A stretch of DNA of 64,000 nucleotides from Candidatus Bathyarchaeia archaeon (lineage in GTDB: Archaea; Thermoproteota; Bathyarchaeia; 40CM-2-53-6), in NCBI GenBank assembly GCA_050013255.1, contig JBEKFP010000001.1, positions 1,312,001 through 1,376,000 of the forward strand, in the 5' to 3' direction. Both the position numbers and the translations under genes were made by a program. This document shows positions 10,264-19,655 of the stretch, one piece after another. How positions within the stretch are numbered: the first letter of the stretch is position 1; each line of letters starts with the position of its first letter. A model generated the notes under the pieces. The model made no database searches. It was not told the origin of the DNA and was given only the letters and a program-made list of their open reading frames with translations.

Positions 10264-10503
10264 TTCCCACAGAATCATTCCTCAAGGGGCCTTAGCCAAT
10301 TCGAGTACCCAAAGACGAGTCGGAAATGAGGAAATCGGCTGCGCTGACCCTCGAAGCCATGTTAGAGTATTGCCGTCGACTGTGAAACCAGGCCAGGTTA
10401 ACGCGCTGATTCTCTTCTAAGGTAAGAGTAAAATCGAAGTCTTCGCTCTCTACTTTCCCACCGTGTCTGACTGTTTGAATGTGTTGTGTCCGGGGGTGAC
10501 TGT

Positions 10504-10668
10504 ATGAGTGAAGAAGATGAAGATGAAGAAGAACGACTTGTCGGTACTCCTTGCCCAGTTCCTAATTGCCAAGGATTCGTCAAGAACGTATCGAAAGATC
10601 CTAACCTCGAAGAATTTGAATGCGATTACGGCCACATACTTGAGTACGAGCAAGTCAAAAAGAGATAG
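10504..10668 (+). CDS. Small acidic zinc-ribbon-like protein
   Basis: MSEEDEDEEE...CPVPNC...CDYGH; GGGGGTGA RBS-like sequence upstream. Confidence 0.5.
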   Translation: MSEEDEDEEERLVGTPCPVPNCQGFVKNVSKDPNLEEFECDYGHILEYEQVKKR

Positions 10669-11319
10669 AACCCGCTAGCAGCTTGAAAGGTGCGTCTTCT
10701 CTCCCTTTCTCTTTCTTTCTCCAGCTCCAATTGAACATCTAGTCTCGGTAGTTGTCTAGCAACCACTTGATTTCGCTTGCACCAATCGGTAGCGGAGCAA
10801 TTGGAACAGTCAATGTCGGCACCGATGCGTAGTGAATGCGGATAATTTGTTTCTTGGACAGAATGCGTGAGAACTTGGCTACGTTCGAGAGGCAGCCGCC
10901 ACATCAGAGGCCGGAAGCTTTGAAGACGTGGTAGTTCAGTTCAATATGAATAAACGTAAGACGGGCATTCTTCGCTGATAGGTCGTGACTTGATATGAAT
11001 TATGTTAGACTTAGATTCCTGGGAAGATAGAAGCGGTCCTAACACAGAGCCAAACCCCCGACTCTTTATATTGACTAACCAAGGAACCTCGATCTTCTTA
11101 ACAATCTCAGTCTGCCCTAATCACATTGCAACGTATTGGACGTGTCTGAGTTTCTCGCCTTCGGGGCGCCAGCCAAGCTGTCTGTCCACGCGGAGCATAA
11201 CCGTCATGCTACTGGCACTTCTCGCTGTCTGGATAGCAAGGATTGGTGTAACTCGCAGGAAACATTTCCACACATGAAGGAACGCCTGTTCCAGTTAACC
11301 TCGTATCCGATGTGCCTGC

Positions 11320-11387
11320 GCTCAAATGATGCGGGCACCCGAATCTGAACAGGGTTATATGTACCGGTAAATTGGGTCAGAATCCCC
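11320..11387 (-). repeat. Degenerate target core plus leader-like repeat (copy 1)
   Basis: gctcaaatgatgcg + ggcacccgaatctgaacagggttatatgtaccggtaaattgggtcagaatcccc, similar to 34556-34624. Confidence 0.7.
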
Positions 11388-11462
11388 TTCACCATCTCTG
11401 AATTAGATATCTAGTTATTTGGATCCAGAGATGCCGTACGATGACTTGATTGTGTGGACGAC

Positions 11463-11837
11463 CTATTGGCCCCAGTCCATTAGAATGAGCTCTTTGATTT
11501 CGGAGAAGACTAGCGCCATAACCACGCCAGCCAGTATTGGGCCATACCAGAAGCGCCAGTAAAGGGCAATAAAAGTGAACGGCATGAGGCCCATCCCAAA
11601 CACAAAGTGATGAATATGCGTGTTCGGGACATCCTTCTGTCCGCCGATCGCCTGGGAGGCCTTGCCAAACACGGACTTGGGCTGAGACTTCAACGGCCTT
11701 CCGACCTTGATCTTCAAGTCCTTGAAATCTAAGTATAACCGGAGTTTGACGGAGTCGGCAAGACTGCGAACTAGTATGTAGGATACCCAACCTGACATAA
11801 GGAACAATTCGAGATCGGTAAACCTAGGAATATCCAA
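11463..11837 (-). CDS. Small membrane protein
   Basis: 124 aa with hydrophobic segments and a HIHH motif. Confidence 0.65.
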   Translation of the reverse strand: MDIPRFTDLELFLMSGWVSYILVRSLADSVKLRLYLDFKDLKIKVGRPLKSQPKSVFGKASQAIGGQKDVPNTHIHHFVFGMGLMPFTFIALYWRFWYGPILAGVVMALVFSEIKELILMDWGQ

Positions 11838-12013
11838 ACCAGTTCACCGTTCAACATCCATTTTGATGTGGGTTTGTTCATGAGTCAAATGGCGTATTAA
11901 GGCGTTGGATGAAAATTCCACCAAGTTGGTGATGTGGTATCCTTGGTGCGCACCACGGGTACCGCCCCAAAAAAAGGAAAAACCGTCTGTGGATTGTTGT
12001 TAGTTGGTTCGTA

Positions 12014-12047
12014 GTGTGTGTGGGTCTAATGGTGCGCGCACACACAC
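12014..12047 (-). repeat. Junction site: (TG)n - ggtctaatggtgcg (12023-12036) - (CA)n
   Basis: Core identical to 18259-18272 and 34556-34569. Confidence 0.95.
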
Positions 12048-12246
12048 GAAAACGACGCCCAACCTGACGGTTCAATTTCTCTTGTCCGCACGATCCTCCC
12101 CTTCCCGTTACGTCACCCGCCGAGTTGGAAAAGCTGCTTTCAAAACTGTTGCCAAGCAAACGATCACTCCTTCTTAGTTCCTCAATTCCAAATAGCGGAA
12201 GCAAGCCTGGGAATTGTTATAAAGACAGCGGGCTGTCTGCGTCTGC

Positions 12247-12732
12247 ATGACTCAACGAGTCGAACTCGAAAATTCGGACGACAACCTTTGCTTCGGATGT
12301 GGCCCACAGAATCCGATGGGGCTTAAGCTAAGATTCTTCATGGAAGGCGATCGTGTCATCACCGAATGCATCCCTACAAAGTGGTGGTCTGGTCAGCCCG
12401 GTGTCGTCAACCCTGGAATTGTATACGCAGTGCTCGTCGATCTGATCATCTGGACAGCCGGCGGAATTCTTCACCGAGTTCCCCTAATGCCTAAGACGAT
12501 TGACATGAAGCTTGGAGATGTCAGTACAAGACGCCCTATATCGGGAATAGGCTGGATCGTCAAGCGCGAGGGGCCCATGGCCCAGATCAGGGCTGAACTT
12601 AAGCAAGATGGGATGGTTAGGGCTTTGCTTGAAATGGAGACCAGGTCCGTAACTCGGGCGGAATATCAGAAGGCAAGGCCCATGGTGGAAATCCCAGCAT
12701 CACTCACAGGATTCTTTGAGGAAGAGTCGTAG
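12247..12732 (+). CDS. PaaI-family hotdog-fold thioesterase
   Basis: CFGCGPQNPMGL motif, G-x-PGVVNPG. Confidence 0.85.
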   Translation: MTQRVELENSDDNLCFGCGPQNPMGLKLRFFMEGDRVITECIPTKWWSGQPGVVNPGIVYAVLVDLIIWTAGGILHRVPLMPKTIDMKLGDVSTRRPISGIGWIVKREGPMAQIRAELKQDGMVRALLEMETRSVTRAEYQKARPMVEIPASLTGFFEEES

Positions 12733-12850
12733 AGTCTTCAACGTCACGAGCGATAACGATGCAAGCCCCCTAACTAAGTACGTTTTTCATTTTCTGTCAA
12801 CTACGTCTCCAAAAGGCAGTTTGCCTGAGCTTAGCACGTCTCTTTCATTT

Positions 12851-12884
12851 GTGTGTGTGGTATAGCTGGTGCGCACACACACAC
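12851..12884 (-). repeat. Junction site: (TG)n - gtatagctggtgcg (12860-12873) - (CA)n
   Basis: Read directly from the sequence. Confidence 0.9.
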
Positions 12885-12899
12885 AAAATGTTGCTAGGC

Positions 12900-13727
12900 T
12901 TAGTAGAATGGTCCAGTAACCCGTGGTCTAACCTGAGTCATCGCCAGGCAAACCAGGTATAACGCGAAGTTTGCGCTAAGACGAATAAAGAAAAATGCAG
13001 TATCAAAATTAGCAGACTGCACAAGCAAGAATGCGACCAAAGAGGTCATCAACGGGACCAACGCACTGTAAAATACGTAGGCCAACGCAAGCAAGACTAA
13101 GTTTCTCGCAGCATACCATCTCCCCAGAAACCGCAACAGCAGAATCGCTGAAGCCAGCTGAAGGAATGCTAAGATAGGAACAAGACCCACCCATAACACA
13201 GTGTCGGAAAAAGTCGTCTGACCGAAAACTGCATCCGCGAAAAGAAGGTTCGTTGAACTAACCACGAGAGCAAGCGCTAACGAGAATAAGACGACCAGCA
13301 ACGTTTTGTGATCATACCTATCCCAGAGAGACCATACACTCGCAACAAGAGCATAGGCGGAAAAGCAACCTGCCAGAACACCAATCCATGTGCTGGTTCC
13401 TGATGCCGAGAATAATGCGGGGGGTTGGAGGAGTTGCAGATCCCCAAGAGCAGTAACGGCGGTCGTGATTGTATAGCCGAATATCGCAAGAGAGAAGAAT
13501 ATCAAAACTCGACCAATGAAGTTCCTTCTTCCACCAAACATCCGAGACGCCCGCCACCCAACAATCCCCGCAACAACCGTTTCCAGTCCTGCTGGTAGTA
13601 GACGTAGGTCAGATAACGCGGGCGGCAAGACAAGAATCAGAACTAGTGTGAGTACGAATAAACCCGTAATCGCTATAGCGTATTTGTTGAATTCAAACTT
13701 CATTGGATTTCCTAACTTAGAGTTCAT
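12900..13727 (-). CDS. Multi-pass membrane protein, possibly a sensor partner of the adjacent KaiC-like ATPase
   Basis: About 7-8 hydrophobic helices; overlaps the stop codon of the upstream ATPase. Confidence 0.7.
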   Translation of the reverse strand: MNSKLGNPMKFEFNKYAIAITGLFVLTLVLILVLPPALSDLRLLPAGLETVVAGIVGWRASRMFGGRRNFIGRVLIFFSLAIFGYTITTAVTALGDLQLLQPPALFSASGTSTWIGVLAGCFSAYALVASVWSLWDRYDHKTLLVVLFSLALALVVSSTNLLFADAVFGQTTFSDTVLWVGLVPILAFLQLASAILLLRFLGRWYAARNLVLLALAYVFYSALVPLMTSLVAFLLVQSANFDTAFFFIRLSANFALYLVCLAMTQVRPRVTGPFY

Positions 13728-14470
13728 CCTTTCGTCACCTCAATCCCGGTATTCGTTACCGAATATGCAACCGTCGTTCTCGGCGTTCCCAGCATGCCCT
13801 CGACCACCAGCTTTCCTTCAGCGTGCAGATTGACGAGGTTGTCTACGCTGGCTTTGATGATGTTCTCTGATTGTGGGTCGATCGAACCCTGGACGAGGGT
13901 GACGAGGACCCCTACAGCCCCCGCCTTCTTCATCTTCGAGCTATATTCCCTGAGAATCTTCACCACAAGCATCGGAGGGTTGTAGATGAAGAGGGGTGTG
14001 AGTGAATCCCAGATTGCTCGAAATCTGACATTGTCCTTAGCGAAGGATGACAATACCTCATTGAGACTCAACATGAGATCGGTTGGATTTGCTAGAGATA
14101 CAATTTTGAGTGAAGCGTCCTTGATAGAGGATGACGACGTGACGGGCGTCATTGAAATGACTTGGATGCCTCCCTGCTTCAACGCCTCCTGGATAGACCA
14201 ATTGAACCCTGACATGGCGCGGGCAAGTTCCTCCGTTCCATAGTCTGTGGTTACCACGACACATGCTTCATTCGACCTGATGGACTCGGCGAGGAAGTGA
14301 TACGCAAAAACCGACTTCCCAGCCTTAGGAGGCCCGTACACCATCGTTACCGTGCTCTCAGGAATGCCTCCCGAGGTAACAGCGTCGAGGCTCCCGATTC
14401 CAGAGCTTATTCTCCTCAACGCTGAAGAAACCGTACTAATCAACCAGCAGTGGGACGAATTGTAGAGCAC
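13724..14470 (-). CDS. KaiC/RAD55-family RecA-like ATPase (intact Walker A)
   Basis: SSGIGSLD, GPPKAGKS, IWDS Walker B; true start probably downstream of 14470. Confidence 0.88.
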   Translation of the reverse strand: MLYNSSHCWLISTVSSALRRISSGIGSLDAVTSGGIPESTVTMVYGPPKAGKSVFAYHFLAESIRSNEACVVVTTDYGTEELARAMSGFNWSIQEALKQGGIQVISMTPVTSSSSIKDASLKIVSLANPTDLMLSLNEVLSSFAKDNVRFRAIWDSLTPLFIYNPPMLVVKILREYSSKMKKAGAVGVLVTLVQGSIDPQSENIIKASVDNLVNLHAEGKLVVEGMLGTPRTTVAYSVTNTGIEVTKG

Positions 14471-14710
14471 AAGCGCTATTATGACTTTTACCGTTGGTCT
14501 GAAAAACGATGTCGGGGGAGACGATCCCCGCGAAGATAATCGCGAGTGCGAATCAAACGCTATCCGAGTTCAGGAGTATCGAAACTGCTTGCGTCCACCT
14601 TGAGTTTGCGTGGCAACAAATCACAGTTACGACTGCCAAAGTGGCGCGCACACACATTATCGAAAAACTCTTGTCTAACCGTGCACGTATACTCACCTCA
14701 GTCTTCCTTC

Positions 14711-17305
14711 ATGAAGACTTCTCGGAAATGGACCGCTGCGCTAATCATAATTGTATTGATTGTGGGTATTGTAGTCGCGACCACGTATCTCACGCGTCGA
14801 CCAGCACCTTCAATTTCAGTTGCGCCAACAACCTTCGTCACTGAACAGGGAACAGCGATAACGTTCACCGTATTCGGAGTTGAGTCTAACGGAATGGCGA
14901 CAGTCTATTTTGGTGATGGCCACGAAGCGAACACAACCTCCACCGTATCCTACGCTTACCCTAATCCAGGTCGGTATCTGGTGGCGGCTCAGGAGTTCGT
15001 TAACGGTCAACCTGTGTCCTCAACGTTCAACGCCCTGCAAACCATTCAGGTCACACCGCGGGTCAGCGAATCCCTTGCCCCGTTGATTTCTGTGCCTGCA
15101 GTAGCCTTCGACATTGCCAGGAACCCTTCTGCTCCAGTTGTTCGGGTAGGTGATAACGTAATCCTGTACGGTGGCTTCCTTCAACCACCAACTGGAACCA
15201 ACATGACCATCACCCGGTACGAGTGGGACTTTGGTAACGGAGCCACCAAAACCGTTCCCGCGAACAGGACCTCATTCAACCCTGCCAATAACCCGACAAC
15301 AACGTACACTCAAGCCGGCCTATACCCGGTTACATTGACGCTGGTAACTGAAAATTCAACAAGCATGGCAACATACCGGACTTCGATCGAGCAGACAGTT
15401 GCGGTTGGTTCCGGATCTCAGCCTTATACTGTGTTCTTGTATGCAGGTATCGTGCCGAACCCATCCATCATAAACGTGGCTGAAAACTGGGCCGGCGGCC
15501 CATTCTCCTTCGACCCTCAGATAGATGCTGAGGCTAACGGCGTCGAAATTGAACTTAACATATTCAGCACTCTACTCATGTACAATGGTTCATCCACTAC
15601 CCAATTCATCCCAGTGGCTGCAGCTCAAGTTCCATCCGTGGCTAACGGAGGTATATCGTCGGACTACACGAGCTACAGGTTCCAAATCAGAACCGGCCTG
15701 AAATTCTCGAATGGTGACCCGCTTACAGCATACGATGTTTGGTTCTCGATGGTAAGGGACATGCTGTTCGTTGGCGGCAGTCCAACAACTCAAGGGTGGA
15801 TTCTGGCCCAATACCTCATTCCGGGAGCATCCGCAGGCGTACCCGTCATGACCGTTCCCAACGATACAGCCGACTTCAACGCAATCTTGAACGCGTTGAC
15901 CTACAGCAACTCATCAAACACAGTAACCTTCAGGCTTATGCGCCCAACAGCATCGCAACTGTTCTTTACGTCACTTGTTCTTTACGGCGCTAGCATCGTT
16001 GACGCCACTTGGTTGAATGGGGTAGGCGCTGGGATAACGTTCACGCCTGCCGGCTTCTACGCTTACCAGAACCAAGGCAATCAGGGAAGCTACAATTTGA
16101 AGGCTCAGTGGACTCCGGTCGCTTCAGGCCCCTACATGATTCAGAGCTACGCTCCAGGGCAGTCAGTTACACTCGTTTCGAATCCTGGATTCCCAGGAGT
16201 CCCAGGCATTCCCGTCGTGAACAACACGGTGGTGATTCAATGGGTCAACGATCCTGAAACGGCATATAACCTGTTCACGAGTGGGCAGGCCGACATAGTC
16301 TCAGGTCTACCGACGGACTACCTTGCACTCATACCAAAGCAAATTGCAAACGGAAAAGCGGCCATGTATCAAACGCCACCACTTAATTGCAACGCTTTCG
16401 ATTTCAATCTTGACATCAATGTAACCAACATGAAGACTGTTTTCGGACCGCAGTACCACGTTCCCCCGGACTATTTCGCTAACCTTGACGTGAGGGAGGC
16501 GTTCGCTTACGCCTTCAACTACACCAACTACGTTGACGAAATATTAGGAAACCGAAAGTACGGGATAGATTTCGGAAGCAGTTATGCAGGGGTCATTGTA
16601 CCGGGCCTACCAGACTACGTACCGCCAAGCCAATTGCAGAATGTTCCCACATACGACCTGGCAAAAGCCAAGCAACTCTTGCAGCAATCAGGCGAATACG
16701 GGACCTCGATCAACATTCCGGTAGGCAACTGGGCCGGTGACACTAACAGTTTCGCCGGAGCGCAGATGTGGGCTGCTGCCCTAAACTCGATTGACCCGAA
16801 CATAGTAATGACCCCTGTCTACATTAGAAACGGTAACATGGGCGTTCCCGGCCAGAATCCGATTCCAATCATGGAGGCAACGTGGGGGGCGGATTACCCT
16901 TATCCGTCGGACTTCGTCGATGCATTTTACAAACAGGGAGGCTATTACCCGGCTCCGAACAGCTGGGCTGTGAACCAATTCAATTTGACAGGCCATGCTC
17001 AGCAGGCTACGATGTTCGCCCAGATGAATTCATTAATCCAGATAGCAGACTCAACAACAAACGCCACCTTGGCAGCTCAGGATTACAAGGCGGCGGAGCA
17101 AATAGCGATCAACCTCTACATGTACGTTTACACAGTCGACCCCAACTATTTCTGGGTCGCTCAGCCATACATGAATGGGTACCAGGGGCAGATCTCGTAC
17201 GAAGAGAATCCGATGCTCGGAGGCTACCTATTGGGAGTGTACTTTTGGTGGGTTAAGACCTGCGGCTCCGTCCAAGCTTGTTCCGGCCGAAACGTAGGCC
17301 CCTAG
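14711..17305 (+). CDS. ABC transporter substrate-binding protein (family 5) with N-terminal PKD domains
   Basis: N-terminal TM anchor; YFGDG and WDFGNG PKD motifs; KFSNGDPLTAYDV and SGPY; start placed at ATG 14711. Confidence 0.88.
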   Translation: MKTSRKWTAALIIIVLIVGIVVATTYLTRRPAPSISVAPTTFVTEQGTAITFTVFGVESNGMATVYFGDGHEANTTSTVSYAYPNPGRYLVAAQEFVNGQPVSSTFNALQTIQVTPRVSESLAPLISVPAVAFDIARNPSAPVVRVGDNVILYGGFLQPPTGTNMTITRYEWDFGNGATKTVPANRTSFNPANNPTTTYTQAGLYPVTLTLVTENSTSMATYRTSIEQTVAVGSGSQPYTVFLYAGIVPNPSIINVAENWAGGPFSFDPQIDAEANGVEIELNIFSTLLMYNGSSTTQFIPVAAAQVPSVANGGISSDYTSYRFQIRTGLKFSNGDPLTAYDVWFSMVRDMLFVGGSPTTQGWILAQYLIPGASAGVPVMTVPNDTADFNAILNALTYSNSSNTVTFRLMRPTASQLFFTSLVLYGASIVDATWLNGVGAGITFTPAGFYAYQNQGNQGSYNLKAQWTPVASGPYMIQSYAPGQSVTLVSNPGFPGVPGIPVVNNTVVIQWVNDPETAYNLFTSGQADIVSGLPTDYLALIPKQIANGKAAMYQTPPLNCNAFDFNLDINVTNMKTVFGPQYHVPPDYFANLDVREAFAYAFNYTNYVDEILGNRKYGIDFGSSYAGVIVPGLPDYVPPSQLQNVPTYDLAKAKQLLQQSGEYGTSINIPVGNWAGDTNSFAGAQMWAAALNSIDPNIVMTPVYIRNGNMGVPGQNPIPIMEATWGADYPYPSDFVDAFYKQGGYYPAPNSWAVNQFNLTGHAQQATMFAQMNSLIQIADSTTNATLAAQDYKAAEQIAINLYMYVYTVDPNYFWVAQPYMNGYQGQISYEENPMLGGYLLGVYFWWVKTCGSVQACSGRNVGP

Positions 17306-17396
17306 TAAGAGAACTTATTGCTTGAGCGACTGATGAGTCGTTCATTCTTCGCTCAGACTTCGATTTTCGTGTGCGTATTCTATGGCGTCGTAGTGG

Positions 17397-17472
17397 GCGG
17401 GCGTCGTAATTTGAACCGTCGTACGTCGTCGTTTGGAAAAGTGTGTGTGCGCACCAGCCTACCCACACACAC
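17397..17472 (+). repeat. End/leader linker module plus junction (TG)n - cgcaccagcctacc (17450-17463) - (CA)n
   Basis: 17397-17449 is the exact reverse complement of 43412-43464 (53 bp). Confidence 0.92.
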
Positions 17473-17500
17473 AGAACGAAGGGAAAGATAGACAAACCGC

Positions 17501-18202
17501 CTACTCTTCGAGCGTGACTTCGAAATTGTCTCCGACTCTGAGTGCGTGCCAGTGTCCGTCGTAGTCCACGCCTCTCATACTCCTTATCCTGATCAGATTT
17601 CTAGCAGGGTTACTCGCTTCATCAAGTTTGACATCAATGATGCCGTCTACGGCGGCTTCAAAGTTCCTGTATACCCAATTGCTGTGAAGATTGGTGATGA
17701 TACCTTCGATTGTCGTCGATTGCGTCATCGGGCTACTGGCGAAACCTCTGGTGAGAGCGTACTCGACCCATGCTTTTTCATCATTGAACCTGGCCATATT
17801 TGAGAAATTATCCATTATTCTCAAGTATTCGGGTCGTGGAGGGCCTTCCATGAAAGACCGCATCATTTCAATGCTCATGTCGGCCACCTTCAACGAATCT
17901 ACGCTGAGTTTTTCTTTGGATTTCCTTCCTAAAGTACACGTGTACCAATCCCAGATTCTTAGCCTATCGTTCCGTTCGAGTTCCTCGACATTCAATCCAA
18001 GCCGTTTGAGATTGGAGCGTACCGAGACCGGCGGTTGACCACATATCGTGCAACTGGCAACCCCTCCTGACTTTATCCATCCCGCCGTGATCGTTAACAC
18101 GACACTGTACCACAATGATGCAGGATCATATTCCACCAGTATGTTATATCCGGGCGGTACAGGTCCCTTAGTCAAGTCTTCGATTAACGGAATCCTCGGC
18201 AA
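17501..18202 (-). CDS. KaiC/RAD55-like protein with degenerate Walker A
   Basis: EYDPAS at the P-loop position, DGII, RIRSMRG; paralog of 44401-45102. Confidence 0.8.
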   Translation of the reverse strand: MPRIPLIEDLTKGPVPPGYNILVEYDPASLWYSVVLTITAGWIKSGGVASCTICGQPPVSVRSNLKRLGLNVEELERNDRLRIWDWYTCTLGRKSKEKLSVDSLKVADMSIEMMRSFMEGPPRPEYLRIMDNFSNMARFNDEKAWVEYALTRGFASSPMTQSTTIEGIITNLHSNWVYRNFEAAVDGIIDVKLDEASNPARNLIRIRSMRGVDYDGHWHALRVGDNFEVTLEE

Positions 18203-18258
18203 TCAGAACACACGAGAGTCCTCTGTTCTAGCAGATTTGTAGTTTTCGTGTGTGTGTG

Positions 18259-18272
18259 GGTCTAATGGTGCG
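18259..18272 (-). repeat. Left target-site duplication of the Cas1 element (ggtctaatggtgcg)
   Basis: Identical 14-mer at 34556-34569 in the same orientation. Confidence 0.95.
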
Positions 18273-18405
18273 CACACACACACACACTTTGAAACGGTTG
18301 GAGTAGGTATTTGTGGTTAGGGGAAGTGTCGCCTAACAAGCCCTCCGGCCGGATGCACGGAATCCGACTCCCGAAAGATCCCTCTCCAGACCCGGCCGCA
18401 TGTGT
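18273..18405 (+). repeat. Left terminal inverted repeat
   Basis: cacac..tttgaaacggttgg..gttagggga..cctaacaa..cggaatccg..acccggccgcatgtgt; about 80% identical to the reverse complement of 34424-34555 by manual alignment. Confidence 0.92.
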
Positions 18406-18474
18406 CATTTGGCAGAAATCCAGCCGGAACCGGACTTTGCGCACTAATGGAACCAATAGGACGGAAGAATCTTC

Positions 18475-18545
18475 AGTTCAAATTTGGTCGTCCGCACCAT
18501 TGGTACCATCACACTAAACGAACGACAAACATTGGTTCGATTACT
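18475..18545 (+). repeat. Internal tRNA-3'-like target site plus degenerate end module
   Basis: agttcaaat-N10-gcacca, core cgcaccattggtac (18493-18506), followed by catcacactaaacgaacgac. Confidence 0.7.
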
Positions 18546-18553
18546 ACATCAAG

Positions 18554-19363
18554 TCAACGCTGTGTTTGCGCTCGCTTGCCCCTCCACCGGTGGTAAAGCG
18601 AGACGCATGCAGTGATGACGACTGAGTAACCGAGCAATTGTGAAACTGTTTTGCCAGTCGTGTTGTATAAGAAATAATGGCACGACAAGTAGATGGACTG
18701 CAAGTCAACGAAGTTTGTAGCATTAAGTGAAATATCATCGAAATACACTTTTCCACCTTCGGCGCTCTCCAACATAATGCGATTTATGTGAGGGTCAAAG
18801 AAATCTGGAAGATACCTTTCCATCAGTTTTGATATATCCACCGAAATATGTACCCATGAGTTCTCGGGCTCGCGATTGAACTGCAAGTAAATGCCGCCGA
18901 TATCTACGCCCGGATTTGGTTCGAAAACTGCTGCTAGGTCTTCAGTGTTATCGGGCGTAACAGTAATGTCGACATAATATGTTGGACCATTTGTAGTTGG
19001 CAGAAAATAGAGATGAAAAAGCGCCTGTGGTTCTTTCCCTCCTCCACTCGCATTCAAGAGAGTGTAGAAGCCTAACTGCATGCTAGGGAAAATGGATACG
19101 GGATCGAGTTTCTGAAGAAAGCCCACGCCTCCTCCTGTCAAACGTAGACTGTGCGACCCAGTTCTGGAAACTGTACGCACTATGTCAACTCCACCACGGG
19201 CTAAAGGAGGCGGCCCGAGTTCCCAGCCCTTCATTCCATCCTCAAAACCTCCGTTTACCACCAAGTCTGTAGTCGAGGTTTTGCTTGCATAAATCGTAAA
19301 GAATGTTCCCAATAGCAACAGAATGATCATGAAGATCAGTATCATTCTGCTATGCTGAGTCAT
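18554..19363 (-). CDS. Membrane-anchored protein with a carbohydrate-binding-module-like domain
   Basis: N- and C-terminal TM helices; LVVNGGFE and VYFDDISL motifs. Confidence 0.65.
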   Translation of the reverse strand: MTQHSRMILIFMIILLLLGTFFTIYASKTSTTDLVVNGGFEDGMKGWELGPPPLARGGVDIVRTVSRTGSHSLRLTGGGVGFLQKLDPVSIFPSMQLGFYTLLNASGGGKEPQALFHLYFLPTTNGPTYYVDITVTPDNTEDLAAVFEPNPGVDIGGIYLQFNREPENSWVHISVDISKLMERYLPDFFDPHINRIMLESAEGGKVYFDDISLNATNFVDLQSIYLSCHYFLYNTTGKTVSQLLGYSVVITACVSLYHRWRGKRAQTQR

Positions 19364-19655
19364 TTAGCAGACCTAGGTAAATGGAGGGCACAGACCCTTC
19401 CGTTTGCAACCGGCAGGCAACTACTGCCGTATGAAGTATGCCTAACGCTCGGTAATAATTCTGGTGCCAATTTCCATCGTAATTGTAGCCCCCACATAAA
19501 TCAAGGACGGTTCAAACCTGCCTTCCCGCACGAAGAGATTCACAGACACTGAAAATTGAACGAACGACGGCGGTTCATGTGAGTCTACTGCTGGAACGAA
19601 AAGAAAATCTAGTATCGCAAGTGATCCCCCCTTCACATTGAAAACGAGTGTGCAT

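Larger units (their letters stand above)
12037..18258. mobile_element. Non-autonomous composite cassette element (6.2 kb)
   Basis: 17-bp terminal inverted repeat cRcacacacacgaaaac (12037-12053 / 18242-18258, 16/17 identical) flanked by identical 14-bp direct repeats. Confidence 0.75.

Noticed and set aside
14635-14656. Possible junction gccaaagtggcgcg-cacacac upstream of the solute-binding protein gene
   Set aside because: The core is too degenerate and lacks both the left arm and the leader box; kept only as a weak copy.
18248-18287. (TG)n/(CA)n tracts as ordinary microsatellites
   Set aside because: They consistently abut a conserved core, and where paired are inverted about 14 bp apart.
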